A program made the position numbers and the translations under genes. This document shows positions 33,301 to 41,019 of a stretch of DNA of 59,978 nucleotides, piece after piece. The stretch is from NCBI GenBank assembly GCA_045636665.1, contig JAZTXY010000014.1:1-59978 (forward strand). Direction: 5' to 3'. The stretch is from Eubacteriales bacterium. Its GTDB lineage: Bacteria; Bacillota; Clostridia; Oscillospirales; CAG-382. The stretch's first letter is position 1, and each line of letters starts with the position of its first letter. A model generated the notes under the pieces. That model made no database searches. It saw only the letters and a list, made by a program, of their open reading frames with translations, and was not told the origin of the DNA.

Positions 33301-35773
33301 TTATATCGAGCTTCCCTCGAAATGCGATTCGGCTTGTACCGTAAACGGAACGCTTTACGCAGTTTCGGGAGGCAGATTGCTTTACTGCAACGCCGACGGA
33401 AGCGAAAAAGCCGCGCTGTCGGTACGCGCACGCGCCGTTGCGACCGACGGAATGCGCGTCTACGTTTTAAACGGCACCACGCTTTCGGCGTATGACGAAA
33501 ATTTTGTTCGATTGACGGAAATAAGAACCAACGACGGCGAGCTTTTCGTTGCAAACGGCGTTATTGTCGGAAACGTGCTTTACGACAACACGCTCTTTGC
33601 CGAATACGCAACGGTTGCCAATCCGATCGATTACGTTTATAATAACGTTTATTTCTCGGGCAACGGCATTTACGATATTCTCACCTCACGCTTTATCGGA
33701 AAATTCGGTGTAGAATCGACCGATGCGGCTTGCGCGGCTCAAAACGGAAGCATTATTGCCTTTGGCGGCAGTATTGTAACGGTTTCAAAATATGCCGATT
33801 CGCACGATATTTCGGTTCCTCCCGTTATCGAAGGCATTGCCCACGGCGAAATTTACAACGGCAGCGCAACCGTTACCTTTACGGAGGGTGTCGGTCATAT
33901 CGACGGCAAGGTTATTGAATCGGGAACGGTTATAACCCAAGCAGGCGCACATAACTTTGTGCTTACGCTTCCCTTCGGTCAAAGCGTTTCTTTCGGATTT
34001 ACAATCGAAGCGAATATCGAAAGCATTGAATTTCTCGTTCCCAACCGCACTATGTCGGTCGGTGAAACAATAACCCTGCGCGTGCGCTTCCTTCCCGACG
34101 GCGCAAGCTCGGTTCCCGTTACCTACTCCTGCGATTCCGACGGATTGAGCTTTGGAGATATGGGCGAGGTCACTGCGCTTCGCACGGGTGTTTACACCGT
34201 AACGGCTACCGTTGTTACCGATTACAAAACCTTCAAGGCGGAAAACACCATAACGGTGCGCGACGACCTTATAACCTTTAAGCCCGACAGCGGAATGATC
34301 GTCGACCGCGACAATCTTATCCTTTACGGCATCAAGCCCGGAAGCACGGCAAAGGACGTTTTGGCACTTCTTTCGGTAAAAAAAGAAGCGCGCTTCCTCA
34401 ACACAAGCAAGCGCGAGGTCAAGGGCGTCGTTGCAACGGGACATACGTTGGCGCTTTACGGCGACGACGGTGAAATTACCGACCGCCTTACTGTTGTAAT
34501 CCGCGGCGATACCGACGGCGACGGATTTATTACCGCATACGATATGCTCACGCTTGAGCGTATGCTTAAAAACTATCAATACGATTCCGTTTATCTGCAA
34601 GCAGGCGATATAAACGGCAACGGCGTGCTTGCCGATAACGATTTCCGCGAGTTGCGAAACGTTGTTCTCCGCCGTACCGAGGATGTGCTCGGCACACCCG
34701 ACAAAAACCTTTTCGGCTCGATCGACGTGCAAACGCTTTCGCACATCGCAAGCGGTGAAATTATCGACGTGGTGCTTTGTCTTAACGGCTCAAAGCACGC
34801 GCGAAGCATCGACGGCGTTATTGAATACAGCGACGGCCTTGAATTTATCGAAAGCGTCACAACGGGTTGGGACGTGAATTGCCGTGATATCGGCGATAAC
34901 AAGCTTGGACTTTTTGCCTACGACCACAAAGGCGAAGAATGCAACAAAGCCTTCTTCGTGATAATTTCACTTCGATTCCGAGTAACCGCAAAAGCGGGCG
35001 AAACGCTTAAGCTTTCCGCAAAAACGCTTACGGCATCGTTTGAAAGCGGCGCAAAGCAAATCACGTTCAACGACAACGAGTTTAAGGTGAGCGAAAGCAA
35101 GGTCGGCGATTTCAGAATCGACGTTCTCAACGCAAAATCCTTTGAATTTGACCCCGAGGTTTACGAATACGACGGAATAACAGTTCCCTACAACGCGGCT
35201 GTTGCCGATATTGCGATAACGCGCGATGAAAACAGCGTTATTTCGGTTTCGGGCTCGTCGATACCCAACGACGGCAAGGCAACGATAACCGTAAGCCGTG
35301 TTACCGAAAGCGGAGAAACCAAGGTTTATACCCTTAACGTACGCCGCGAAAGCGAACCGCGCTTCGATTCGAACTGTATGCTCGATTCGCTTGAAATAGA
35401 GGGCTTTAAGCTTATCCCGACGTTCGACCCCAAGGTTACCGAATACAGCATTTCGGTGCCCTTCGGAACCGAAAAGATAAGCATTCACTGTAAGGCGCAA
35501 AGCCCGACCGCGCAGGTGATTATCGGCGATACAACGCTTTATTCCGAAACAAACACGATAACAGTGACCGTTATCTCGCCCGACGGCGAATCGCTCGTCT
35601 ATACGATAAACGCAACGGTATTGCCAAAGGTCGAGGAATCGTCCGAGCCGCTTATCGAACCGCAGGCTCAGCAAAACGATATACCCTGGGGCATTATTGC
35701 CCTATCGGCAATGGCAGGTATTTCGGTTTTGGTTGCAATTTGGCTTATCGCAAGACGCAAAAAGGTTAAATAA
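30341..35773 (+). CDS. 1810-aa cell-surface S8 (subtilisin-like) serine peptidase with repeat modules, Big_2, dockerin-like, cohesin-like and cadherin-like domains and a C-terminal TM anchor
   Basis: Signal peptide at aa 1-23. Catalytic triad D165 (LDTGID, 30833), H200 (HGTGV, 30938) and S361 (SGTSFS, 31421). Dockerin-like loops GDTDGDGFITAYD / GDINGNGVLADND at 34505-34672. Cadherin-like DSLEIEGFKLIPTFDPKVTEYSI. TM helix WGIIALSAMAGISVLVAIWLIA followed by RRKK. Confidence 0.9.
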   Translation: MIKRALATVLIILTVLPAVVLAGSVLFAPYNGLEAFDDSWENSINAALGNGAETGKAVSPLPDGERYIVKFKDNVSLLSIENALEATEYRQLAESEQRLFVISDSESKFIKENSDIIEYHETDLMREALALTNDAVTLPTFETTGIYEAWDTVKARNDIIVAVLDTGIDRTHEDLVDASILPGYDAVTKTAGVYDDAVGHGTGVIGLIAATADNGIGIAGAAHGVTILPIKVSASSTTIYSSDLVSAIRFAANSGAKVINMSVGGLSYSYAEQEAVNYAVSKGCILVSASGNGGLLPYADKKSYPASYEGVISVASCDAFGERSSFSQYNDMVDIAAPGEAVMMPIVENGVSAYRTDSGTSFSCAIVSAIAALAVSACDEDVRFDSDEFLSLIMNTCNKIRTDELGFGIINAKPIIESANLPIITGAIDGNVYNESIKVGFNRGSALLDGEEFEDGDAIIANGEHELKITDGDYEKIIRFRLEYEPFSYEFKEFSDYAYFVFNRGTALLDGFPYSSGEKITASGRHEFVITDGTETFTKIIDIQYALPSVYGVEDGGIYNNPIEICVVGDGKAMLDGKRFYNKTCVAESGVHTLSVESGTGTVKKEYTFEINFPFAEFTQTDYAESTAAIDEENGYACIYGDSLVGVRIYGLNDLSQYLHFLPIGRVYAHKFTETELVLAGDEGITVISRANALNPESAVINNVYFEGIELYTFADETVYCFGDKNIYLLDSAFSELTHIANVGFSCTNAIYSDGLICLTSDQNDRTVYVFNTENNSLSSFSIDFSLELQPIYFEHGYLAIGNRLINVLRKAVVLEFCSYKAIDIEDGLLFCENAIIDIASGRELGRFPFPVSDIVLGADGIYLFGVEPIAAKISSLAEDVFAYGAAKPTDLAFSQPENSNEFRQTLFIDGSFNALSTVAGQTDVFAIFKDKYAIYSLALDGLAEKAPVKLRFEPEKLFLSGGYLAVSFKNAPFVYVAHETDVSSGNYIELPSKCDSACTVNGTLYAVSGGRLLYCNADGSEKAALSVRARAVATDGMRVYVLNGTTLSAYDENFVRLTEIRTNDGELFVANGVIVGNVLYDNTLFAEYATVANPIDYVYNNVYFSGNGIYDILTSRFIGKFGVESTDAACAAQNGSIIAFGGSIVTVSKYADSHDISVPPVIEGIAHGEIYNGSATVTFTEGVGHIDGKVIESGTVITQAGAHNFVLTLPFGQSVSFGFTIEANIESIEFLVPNRTMSVGETITLRVRFLPDGASSVPVTYSCDSDGLSFGDMGEVTALRTGVYTVTATVVTDYKTFKAENTITVRDDLITFKPDSGMIVDRDNLILYGIKPGSTAKDVLALLSVKKEARFLNTSKREVKGVVATGHTLALYGDDGEITDRLTVVIRGDTDGDGFITAYDMLTLERMLKNYQYDSVYLQAGDINGNGVLADNDFRELRNVVLRRTEDVLGTPDKNLFGSIDVQTLSHIASGEIIDVVLCLNGSKHARSIDGVIEYSDGLEFIESVTTGWDVNCRDIGDNKLGLFAYDHKGEECNKAFFVIISLRFRVTAKAGETLKLSAKTLTASFESGAKQITFNDNEFKVSESKVGDFRIDVLNAKSFEFDPEVYEYDGITVPYNAAVADIAITRDENSVISVSGSSIPNDGKATITVSRVTESGETKVYTLNVRRESEPRFDSNCMLDSLEIEGFKLIPTFDPKVTEYSISVPFGTEKISIHCKAQSPTAQVIIGDTTLYSETNTITVTVISPDGESLVYTINATVLPKVEESSEPLIEPQAQQNDIPWGIIALSAMAGISVLVAIWLIARRKKVK

Positions 35774-35774
35774 A

Positions 35775-35816
35775 AAATGAAACCCGACGAATTTTTAAAC
35801 TCGTCGGGTTCTTTTT
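35775..35816. terminator. Bidirectional terminator between convergent protease and ricT genes
   Basis: AACCCGACGA-10 nt-TCGTCGGGTT followed by CTTTTT, with an A-run upstream. Confidence 0.7.
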
Positions 35817-35817
35817 C

Positions 35818-37116
35818 TTATTTATCTTCCAAATGCTTCAAATCTTCGCTGACGTCTTCCTTGACCTTAATCATACCGACCGCCTTCAATTCGCTCTTGC
35901 CGAAGACCTTAATCGATTGGTCGCTGTTCATTTTGACCTTGATTCTGCCGGTAAGAAAGCTGCTTTCAACGATAACGCCTCTGCCCTTGGGGGTTTCAAC
36001 GATAGTGTCCACCTTCGGGAAGGTTGCATATTCTCTTTCATAGGTATCGTGCTCAAAGCGTAAGCAGCACATAAGCCTTCCGCAGGCGCCGCTTATCTTC
36101 GAGGAGGAAAGCGAAAGGTTTTGGTCCTTCGCCATCTTTATCGAAACCTGTGTGAAATCGGGCAGGAAGGTGTTACAGCAGAAGGGTCTTCCGCAGCTTC
36201 CCAAGCCGCCGAAAAGCTTTGCTTCGTCACGTACGCCGATTTGACGCAATTCGATTCTCGTACGGAAAACACCTGCAAGGTCCTTAACCAATTCACGGAA
36301 GTCAACTCTGCCGTCTGCAGTAAAATAGAAGCAGAGCTTTGCGTTGTCGTGCGTGTATTCAACGTCAACAAGCTGCATATCAAGTCCGTTTTTGGCAACC
36401 TTTTCGTGCCAAATCGGTTTTGCGCTTTCTTCAAGCTTGCGGTTTTCGGCATTGCGAAGGTCATCCTCCTTCGTTGCCTTGCGAAGCACCGGCTTTAAGG
36501 GGAAAACCACCTCGGATTCGCCGACCTTTTTGTTGCCCAAGGCAACCTCGCCGTATTCAACGCCGCGTACGGTTTCGACAATTGCGTGCTCGCCCTTTTC
36601 AAAGGTAATATCGTTGGGCGAGAAATAATATATCTTACTGCCGTTGCGGAATTTAATGCCGACGACCTCGATATTCTTTTCTTCCTCGGGCTCGGTAGGT
36701 GTTATCGGTTCTTCATCGTAATCGAACAGATATTTACGTTCGGGCTCGGGCTCGGGAACAAAGCCGCTTTCAAGCTTTTCTTCCTGCGGCGCTGCCTTTT
36801 TTCTGTCGTTATGTCTTTGACGGTCGTTGCGGTTATGACGCTGACGGCCCTGCTCGTTTTGTTCCTTTTGTTCCTTTTTGGGCGCTTCCGATATTTCCTC
36901 GGGCTTTGAAGCCTCGGTGTTTTCGGTAACGGCTGCTTCTGCCGATTCGGGCTTTACCTTCGGCTTGTTGCCAAAGCTTTTGCCGTGTCTGCCGCGACGG
37001 TGATTGTTGCGGCGGTTATGAAAATTTCCACCCTCGTGCTTACCGTTGCTCTTTTCACGCTTTTCGTGCTTTTCGTTGTTATTTACGTTGTTATTTCCGT
37101 TATTTTCCATATCCAT
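35818..37116 (-). CDS. ricT: PSP1-domain protein (YaaT/RicT-like, stage 0 sporulation family) with long basic N-terminal extension
   Basis: PSP1 core VVGIKFRNGSKIYYF..ETVRGVEYGEV and Cys cluster CGRPFCC..GACGRLMCCL. holB-yaaT synteny as in B. subtilis. First ~130 aa are an N/R/H/K-rich low-complexity region. Confidence 0.85.
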   Translation of the reverse strand: MDMENNGNNNVNNNEKHEKREKSNGKHEGGNFHNRRNNHRRGRHGKSFGNKPKVKPESAEAAVTENTEASKPEEISEAPKKEQKEQNEQGRQRHNRNDRQRHNDRKKAAPQEEKLESGFVPEPEPERKYLFDYDEEPITPTEPEEEKNIEVVGIKFRNGSKIYYFSPNDITFEKGEHAIVETVRGVEYGEVALGNKKVGESEVVFPLKPVLRKATKEDDLRNAENRKLEESAKPIWHEKVAKNGLDMQLVDVEYTHDNAKLCFYFTADGRVDFRELVKDLAGVFRTRIELRQIGVRDEAKLFGGLGSCGRPFCCNTFLPDFTQVSIKMAKDQNLSLSSSKISGACGRLMCCLRFEHDTYEREYATFPKVDTIVETPKGRGVIVESSFLTGRIKVKMNSDQSIKVFGKSELKAVGMIKVKEDVSEDLKHLEDK

Positions 37117-37134
37117 TACTCCGTTTTTTCTTTT

Positions 37135-38112
37135 TTACCGCGCGGCTTTTATCAAATCGGTCGCAAGCTTCGTTGCGGTCGCAGTCACGTTGCCGTTGCC
37201 GTCAAGCGCAACCACGCAAGCCGTTGCCGTTTCGCCGATTTGCGACAACGCGCGCTTTGATGCGTTTTTGACGATATCGGCAAGCTCCCTCTTCCTCGGC
37301 ACAAGCGCGTCCTCAACCCCGTATCTTGCCTTTTCGCATTCGTTTGCAATCGAAATAAGCTCGATAACGATAGCGCGAAGCTGGTCGCGTTTGTATTTTG
37401 GAAGAACAAGCGCGGTCAAAAGCTCGTAATTTTTCTTTTCAAGTGTATATAAAAGCAGATTTTCCGCTTTTTCGCGAATATTTGTGTTTTCCTTTGAAAG
37501 GTATTTTTCGGCGGCGCCGTAATTACCGCAAGCCCGTTTTACAGCCGCATCGATATCCGCGCCGTTTGCCGAGGGGTAATTTTCGTTCAGCTTGTCCAAA
37601 AGCTCAAAATCTCTTAATCCGTCAAGATGGATTCTTTGTCCGCGCGAAAGCACCGTCGGCAAAAGCGACGAGCGGCTTTCGGTCAGCAAAAATATCGCAA
37701 CGGTGGCGGGCGGCTCCTCGAAAAGCTTCAAAAGCGCGTTTTGCGCTTCCTCGCGAAGCTTGTTTGCGTTGCAGATAATAAAAACCTGCTTTTCGGATTC
37801 GTTCGGCTTAAGCGATGCGCGTGCTATTAATCGACGCACGTCATCGATGCTTGCCGTTTTTTCCCTGCCGATAACGTAAATATCGGGATGGTTGCTCGAG
37901 CGCGCCATTTTACAGCTTTTGCAATAGCCGCAGGGCTTATTTTTTTCGGTGCAAAGCATTGCGCGTGCCGCTTCAAGCGCAAAATCGGTCTTGCCTACGC
38001 CGTCGGTGCCGTCAACGATATAAGCGTGCGAGCAAACGCCGCCTCTTGCTTTTTCAAAAAACAGGCGCAATTCGTCGCTGTTATACATCAAGAGCACCTC
38101 CCGTTCAAACAA
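37135..38112 (-). CDS. holB: DNA polymerase III subunit delta' (HolB)
   Basis: AAA+ clamp-loader N-terminus SHAYIVDGTDGVGKT, Zn module CGYCKSC, and SRGQ (SRC-like) motif. Alternative ATG at 38088. Confidence 0.85.
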   Translation of the reverse strand: MFEREVLLMYNSDELRLFFEKARGGVCSHAYIVDGTDGVGKTDFALEAARAMLCTEKNKPCGYCKSCKMARSSNHPDIYVIGREKTASIDDVRRLIARASLKPNESEKQVFIICNANKLREEAQNALLKLFEEPPATVAIFLLTESRSSLLPTVLSRGQRIHLDGLRDFELLDKLNENYPSANGADIDAAVKRACGNYGAAEKYLSKENTNIREKAENLLLYTLEKKNYELLTALVLPKYKRDQLRAIVIELISIANECEKARYGVEDALVPRKRELADIVKNASKRALSQIGETATACVVALDGNGNVTATATKLATDLIKAAR

Positions 38113-38181
38113 AATTATTTGACCTCATTATTATAATAACACAAAAATTTGTAATTGAAAAGGGATTTAGCAAAAAATAAT

Positions 38182-38210
38182 TTGACAAAACGCAAAAAAA
38201 GATATAAACT
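38182..38210 (+). promoter_or_regulatory. Candidate promoter TTGACA-17-TAAACT
   Basis: Exact -35 and a weaker -10, about 40 nt upstream of the pantothenate kinase start. Confidence 0.3.
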
Positions 38211-38250
38211 GAATTGATAAATAATCGTTTTTTGTTTGGGAGGAAGAGAT

Positions 38251-39081
38251 ATGAGCATTATCGTCGGCATTGACGTTGGCGGAAGCACAACAAAGATCGT
38301 CGGATTCGACGGAAATAAGCTTTTGGCGCCAATACTTGTAAAGGCAACCGATCCGATCGCTTCGATTTACGGCGGCTTCGGAAAATTTACAAGCGATAAC
38401 AAAATATCGCTTCAAGATATTGAAAAGGTTATGATCACGGGTGTAGGTGCGGCGTTTATCGGCAATAACATTTACGGCATCGAAACCGTTCATATTAACG
38501 AATTTACCGCAAACGGCAAGGGCGGACTTTATTTAAGCGGCATTGACGAGGCGGTAATCGTAAGCATGGGCACCGGCACGGCATACGTTTATGCAAACGG
38601 CAAAACCAAGGAGTATACTCACTTGGGCGGTACGGGTGTCGGCGGCGGCACGTTGGTAGGACTTGCCGATAAGCTTATCGGCGTACACTCGGTGCAAAAC
38701 GTGGCAAGCCTTGCGCTTGAGGGTAACCTTGAAAATATCGACCTTCGCATTTGCGACATTACCGACGCGGCAATAAGCCCTGCGCTTAAGGACAACACGA
38801 CCGCATCGAACTTCGGTAAGATAAGCGACCTTGCCTCGCGCGAGGATATTGCGCTCGGACTTTTGAATATGGTCTACGAAACGATTGCGATGATGGCTAT
38901 CTTTTCGGCGCGCACCAAAAACATCCGCGACATTATTCTTATCGGTCACCTTGCGGTGCTTCCTCAATCGAGAGAAATCTTCGACAAGCTTAAAAATATG
39001 TTCAACGTAAATATAATCATTCCCGAAAACGCCGCCTACGGAACTGTTATCGGCGCGGCGCTTGAGGGCTTGGGCAACTGA
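38251..39081 (+). CDS. coaW: Type II pantothenate kinase (fumble/CoaW family)
   Basis: ASKHA-fold motifs IGIDVGGSTTKIV, VSMGTGTA and GGTGVGGGTLVGL. ATG 38251 follows GGGAGGAAG. Confidence 0.75.
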   Translation: MSIIVGIDVGGSTTKIVGFDGNKLLAPILVKATDPIASIYGGFGKFTSDNKISLQDIEKVMITGVGAAFIGNNIYGIETVHINEFTANGKGGLYLSGIDEAVIVSMGTGTAYVYANGKTKEYTHLGGTGVGGGTLVGLADKLIGVHSVQNVASLALEGNLENIDLRICDITDAAISPALKDNTTASNFGKISDLASREDIALGLLNMVYETIAMMAIFSARTKNIRDIILIGHLAVLPQSREIFDKLKNMFNVNIIIPENAAYGTVIGAALEGLGN

Positions 39082-39095
39082 CGGAAGGACGAAAA

Positions 39096-39485
39096 ATGGC
39101 TGAAAACAACAGATGGAACAAAAAAATATTCGCAATGCTGCTTAATGAAGCAAAGGGCGTTCGCTCGTGGCGTCAATTTGCCGCAGATTGCGATATAAGC
39201 TATGTACAAATGCGTAAGCTTGCACTCTGCACGCAGGAAAATCCGCCCCGTCCGAAGCTTATTCGCAAGGTCGCTTCGCACGCATTCGGCGAGATCGACC
39301 TTGCAGACTTTATGTTTGCGGCAGGTATTCACACCGGCGATTCGTTCACCTTCCGTGAAAACGCAGCCTTGAACGAAACACCGCTTGACAAATACCGTTC
39401 ACTTCCCCCGAAGGCGCGCAAGACTATCGATAAATTCATCGAATTTCTTGCTTCCGAGGTGGAAAAGGGCAATTCCTTCGATTAA
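39096..39485 (+). CDS. Hypothetical HTH (XRE-like) domain protein
   Basis: 129 aa. The segment SWRQFAADCDISYVQMRKLA resembles an HTH_3 motif. It starts 14 nt after the coaW stop with GGAAGGA RBS. Confidence 0.6.
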   Translation: MAENNRWNKKIFAMLLNEAKGVRSWRQFAADCDISYVQMRKLALCTQENPPRPKLIRKVASHAFGEIDLADFMFAAGIHTGDSFTFRENAALNETPLDKYRSLPPKARKTIDKFIEFLASEVEKGNSFD

Positions 39486-39781
39486 AAGAAAATCAAAAAC
39501 GCAAGTATCAAGACGAACATATCGTTATCGCCGTCGGAATCGAGAAGCAAAAGTATTCCTATTGCGATGAGTATTAAATCGTCAAGCTTCATATCGCGCA
39601 GGAAATCAAGCTTTAATCCCTTTTTCTTTTCGCGTATCGGCTCGATTTTTTCGTTCGGCGGCTCTGCCTCGCGTTCCTTTTCATATTCCGATTCCGCTCG
39701 CTCGCGCGATGCGTTATATTCCCTCTCGTAGTTATAAAGCTGACCCTCGCTTTTTATTCCGCCGAAATCGCGGTTGTACAT
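39482..39781 (-). CDS. Hypothetical 99-aa protein, charged N-terminal half plus C-terminal TM hairpin
   Basis: ORF last in a three-gene minus-strand string. Its stop shares the tetranucleotide TTAA with the stop of the convergent 39096-39485 gene. Confidence 0.55.
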   Translation of the reverse strand: MYNRDFGGIKSEGQLYNYEREYNASRERAESEYEKEREAEPPNEKIEPIREKKKGLKLDFLRDMKLDDLILIAIGILLLLDSDGDNDMFVLILAFLIFF

Positions 39782-39791
39782 AAAAACCGCC

Positions 39792-40112
39792 TCACTTTCT
39801 GAAGTTTTTCATTACCGAAGCAAGCGTCAACGCCTGCGCCAAAGCGTCTACACGGTCGCGGCGGTCTTCCCTTATCAACGGCTTTAAGGAAACGAGCAGA
39901 GCAAGACGCGGATCGCTGTTTTGAATGCTCGGAAAAGGGAGATTCAATTTATCCAAGCCGGAAAAAGCGTTCAAAGGCGCTGTGCCTTGAGCCTCCTCCG
40001 TCGGCTTTTCCTTTCCCATACCCGAAGCTATCGCCGTTATTTTTGCCATTGCCTCGGGGTCGGACAAAACGGCTTTCAGCTTTTCGGAGAAATCATCGTC
40101 CAACGTCAACAC
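39792..40112 (-). CDS. Hypothetical 106-aa protein
   Basis: ORF overlapping the upstream gene by 20 nt. No recognisable family. Confidence 0.55.
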   Translation of the reverse strand: MLTLDDDFSEKLKAVLSDPEAMAKITAIASGMGKEKPTEEAQGTAPLNAFSGLDKLNLPFPSIQNSDPRLALLVSLKPLIREDRRDRVDALAQALTLASVMKNFRK

Positions 40113-40356
40113 CTCGATCCTTCAGCATTTTTATGATTTCTTCGCTTTTTTCCTTTCCTGCCGCATCTATCAGCTGCTGTGCCTCGTCCTGAGTTATCGA
40201 GGCGATGCGCCTTTTTAGCATATCGGGGTTTGAAAGCATTACCTCGGTTTTAAGCTTGCTTGCACCTGCGGCAGAAGCGATACTGCGCGCAAGCGACAAA
40301 AAGCTTTCGTTATCCATCGACAGTATTTTTTCAAGCTGTTTGCGATCGATTTCCAT
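40093..40356 (-). CDS. Hypothetical 87-aa helical protein
   Basis: ORF with GGAGGAT RBS 8 nt upstream; first gene of the string. Confidence 0.55.
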   Translation of the reverse strand: MEIDRKQLEKILSMDNESFLSLARSIASAAGASKLKTEVMLSNPDMLKRRIASITQDEAQQLIDAAGKEKSEEIIKMLKDRGVDVGR

Positions 40357-40411
40357 ATAAAAAATCCTCCGTTATGTAAATAAAAATCGTTTTTGAAAGG
40401 AGTCGTTTGAA

Positions 40412-40927
40412 TTGTATTTGTGCAAGCCCGAAAGAAACGTTGCGCAAACGAGATTGCTGCTTATCACCTGCGTTATCGTTACTCTTTCGATTTTCATTGC
40501 TTCAACCGTCGTCCCCGCATACAATGCCGTGGTGGAATTTTGCGGATATGTTTCGCTTATGGCATCTATTTTGCTCGTCTACCGCTTTTCGATGACCGAA
40601 TTTGAATATTCGGTGTCCGATTGCGATTTTACGGTTACCAAAATCGTCGGCAACAAGCGTACTCCGATGTGCTGTGTTGCGCTTGAAACGGCAATCGACG
40701 TTTTGGAAAAAAGCGATTACGACAAGCTTCCGAGAAACGAAAAGGCGATAACCAAGTATTCGATGAACCAAAATATGTTCGCAAAAAGCTATGTTTTCCT
40801 TTGCGAATTCAACGAAAAGCGTGCAATGATCGAGTTTGAACCCAATATTCAGTTCGTAATGATATTAAAAAATGCCATAAAAGATGCAAAACATCAAAGT
40901 GAAAATGGCGAAAGCAACGATATTTAA
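40412..40927 (+). CDS. Hypothetical membrane protein (two N-terminal TM helices, soluble C-domain)
   Basis: TTG start 9 nt after AAAGGAG. 171 aa, family not recognised with confidence. Confidence 0.6.
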   Translation: MYLCKPERNVAQTRLLLITCVIVTLSIFIASTVVPAYNAVVEFCGYVSLMASILLVYRFSMTEFEYSVSDCDFTVTKIVGNKRTPMCCVALETAIDVLEKSDYDKLPRNEKAITKYSMNQNMFAKSYVFLCEFNEKRAMIEFEPNIQFVMILKNAIKDAKHQSENGESNDI

Positions 40928-40956
40928 TATCATTGTATGCAAAAACGCGCAAAGGA

Positions 40957-40984
40957 TTGCATTTTCCGAAAAAAATGATATAAT
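40957..40984 (+). promoter_or_regulatory. Extended -10 promoter TTGCAT-16-TGaTATAAT
   Basis: Hexamers at 40957-40962 and 40979-40984 with TG at 40976-40977, about 35 nt upstream of 41020. Confidence 0.45.
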
Positions 40985-41019
40985 ATGTTTTTGTCAAATA
41001 AACATCCAGAGGTTTTATT

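Noticed and set aside
31181-35674. Minus-strand ORFs inside the S8 protease gene (31181-32200, 33785-34744, 34967-35674); similar case at 45111-46073 inside cotH
   Set aside because: They are antisense to long genes with coherent domain architecture. Their translations are low-complexity and Arg/Cys/Phe-rich.
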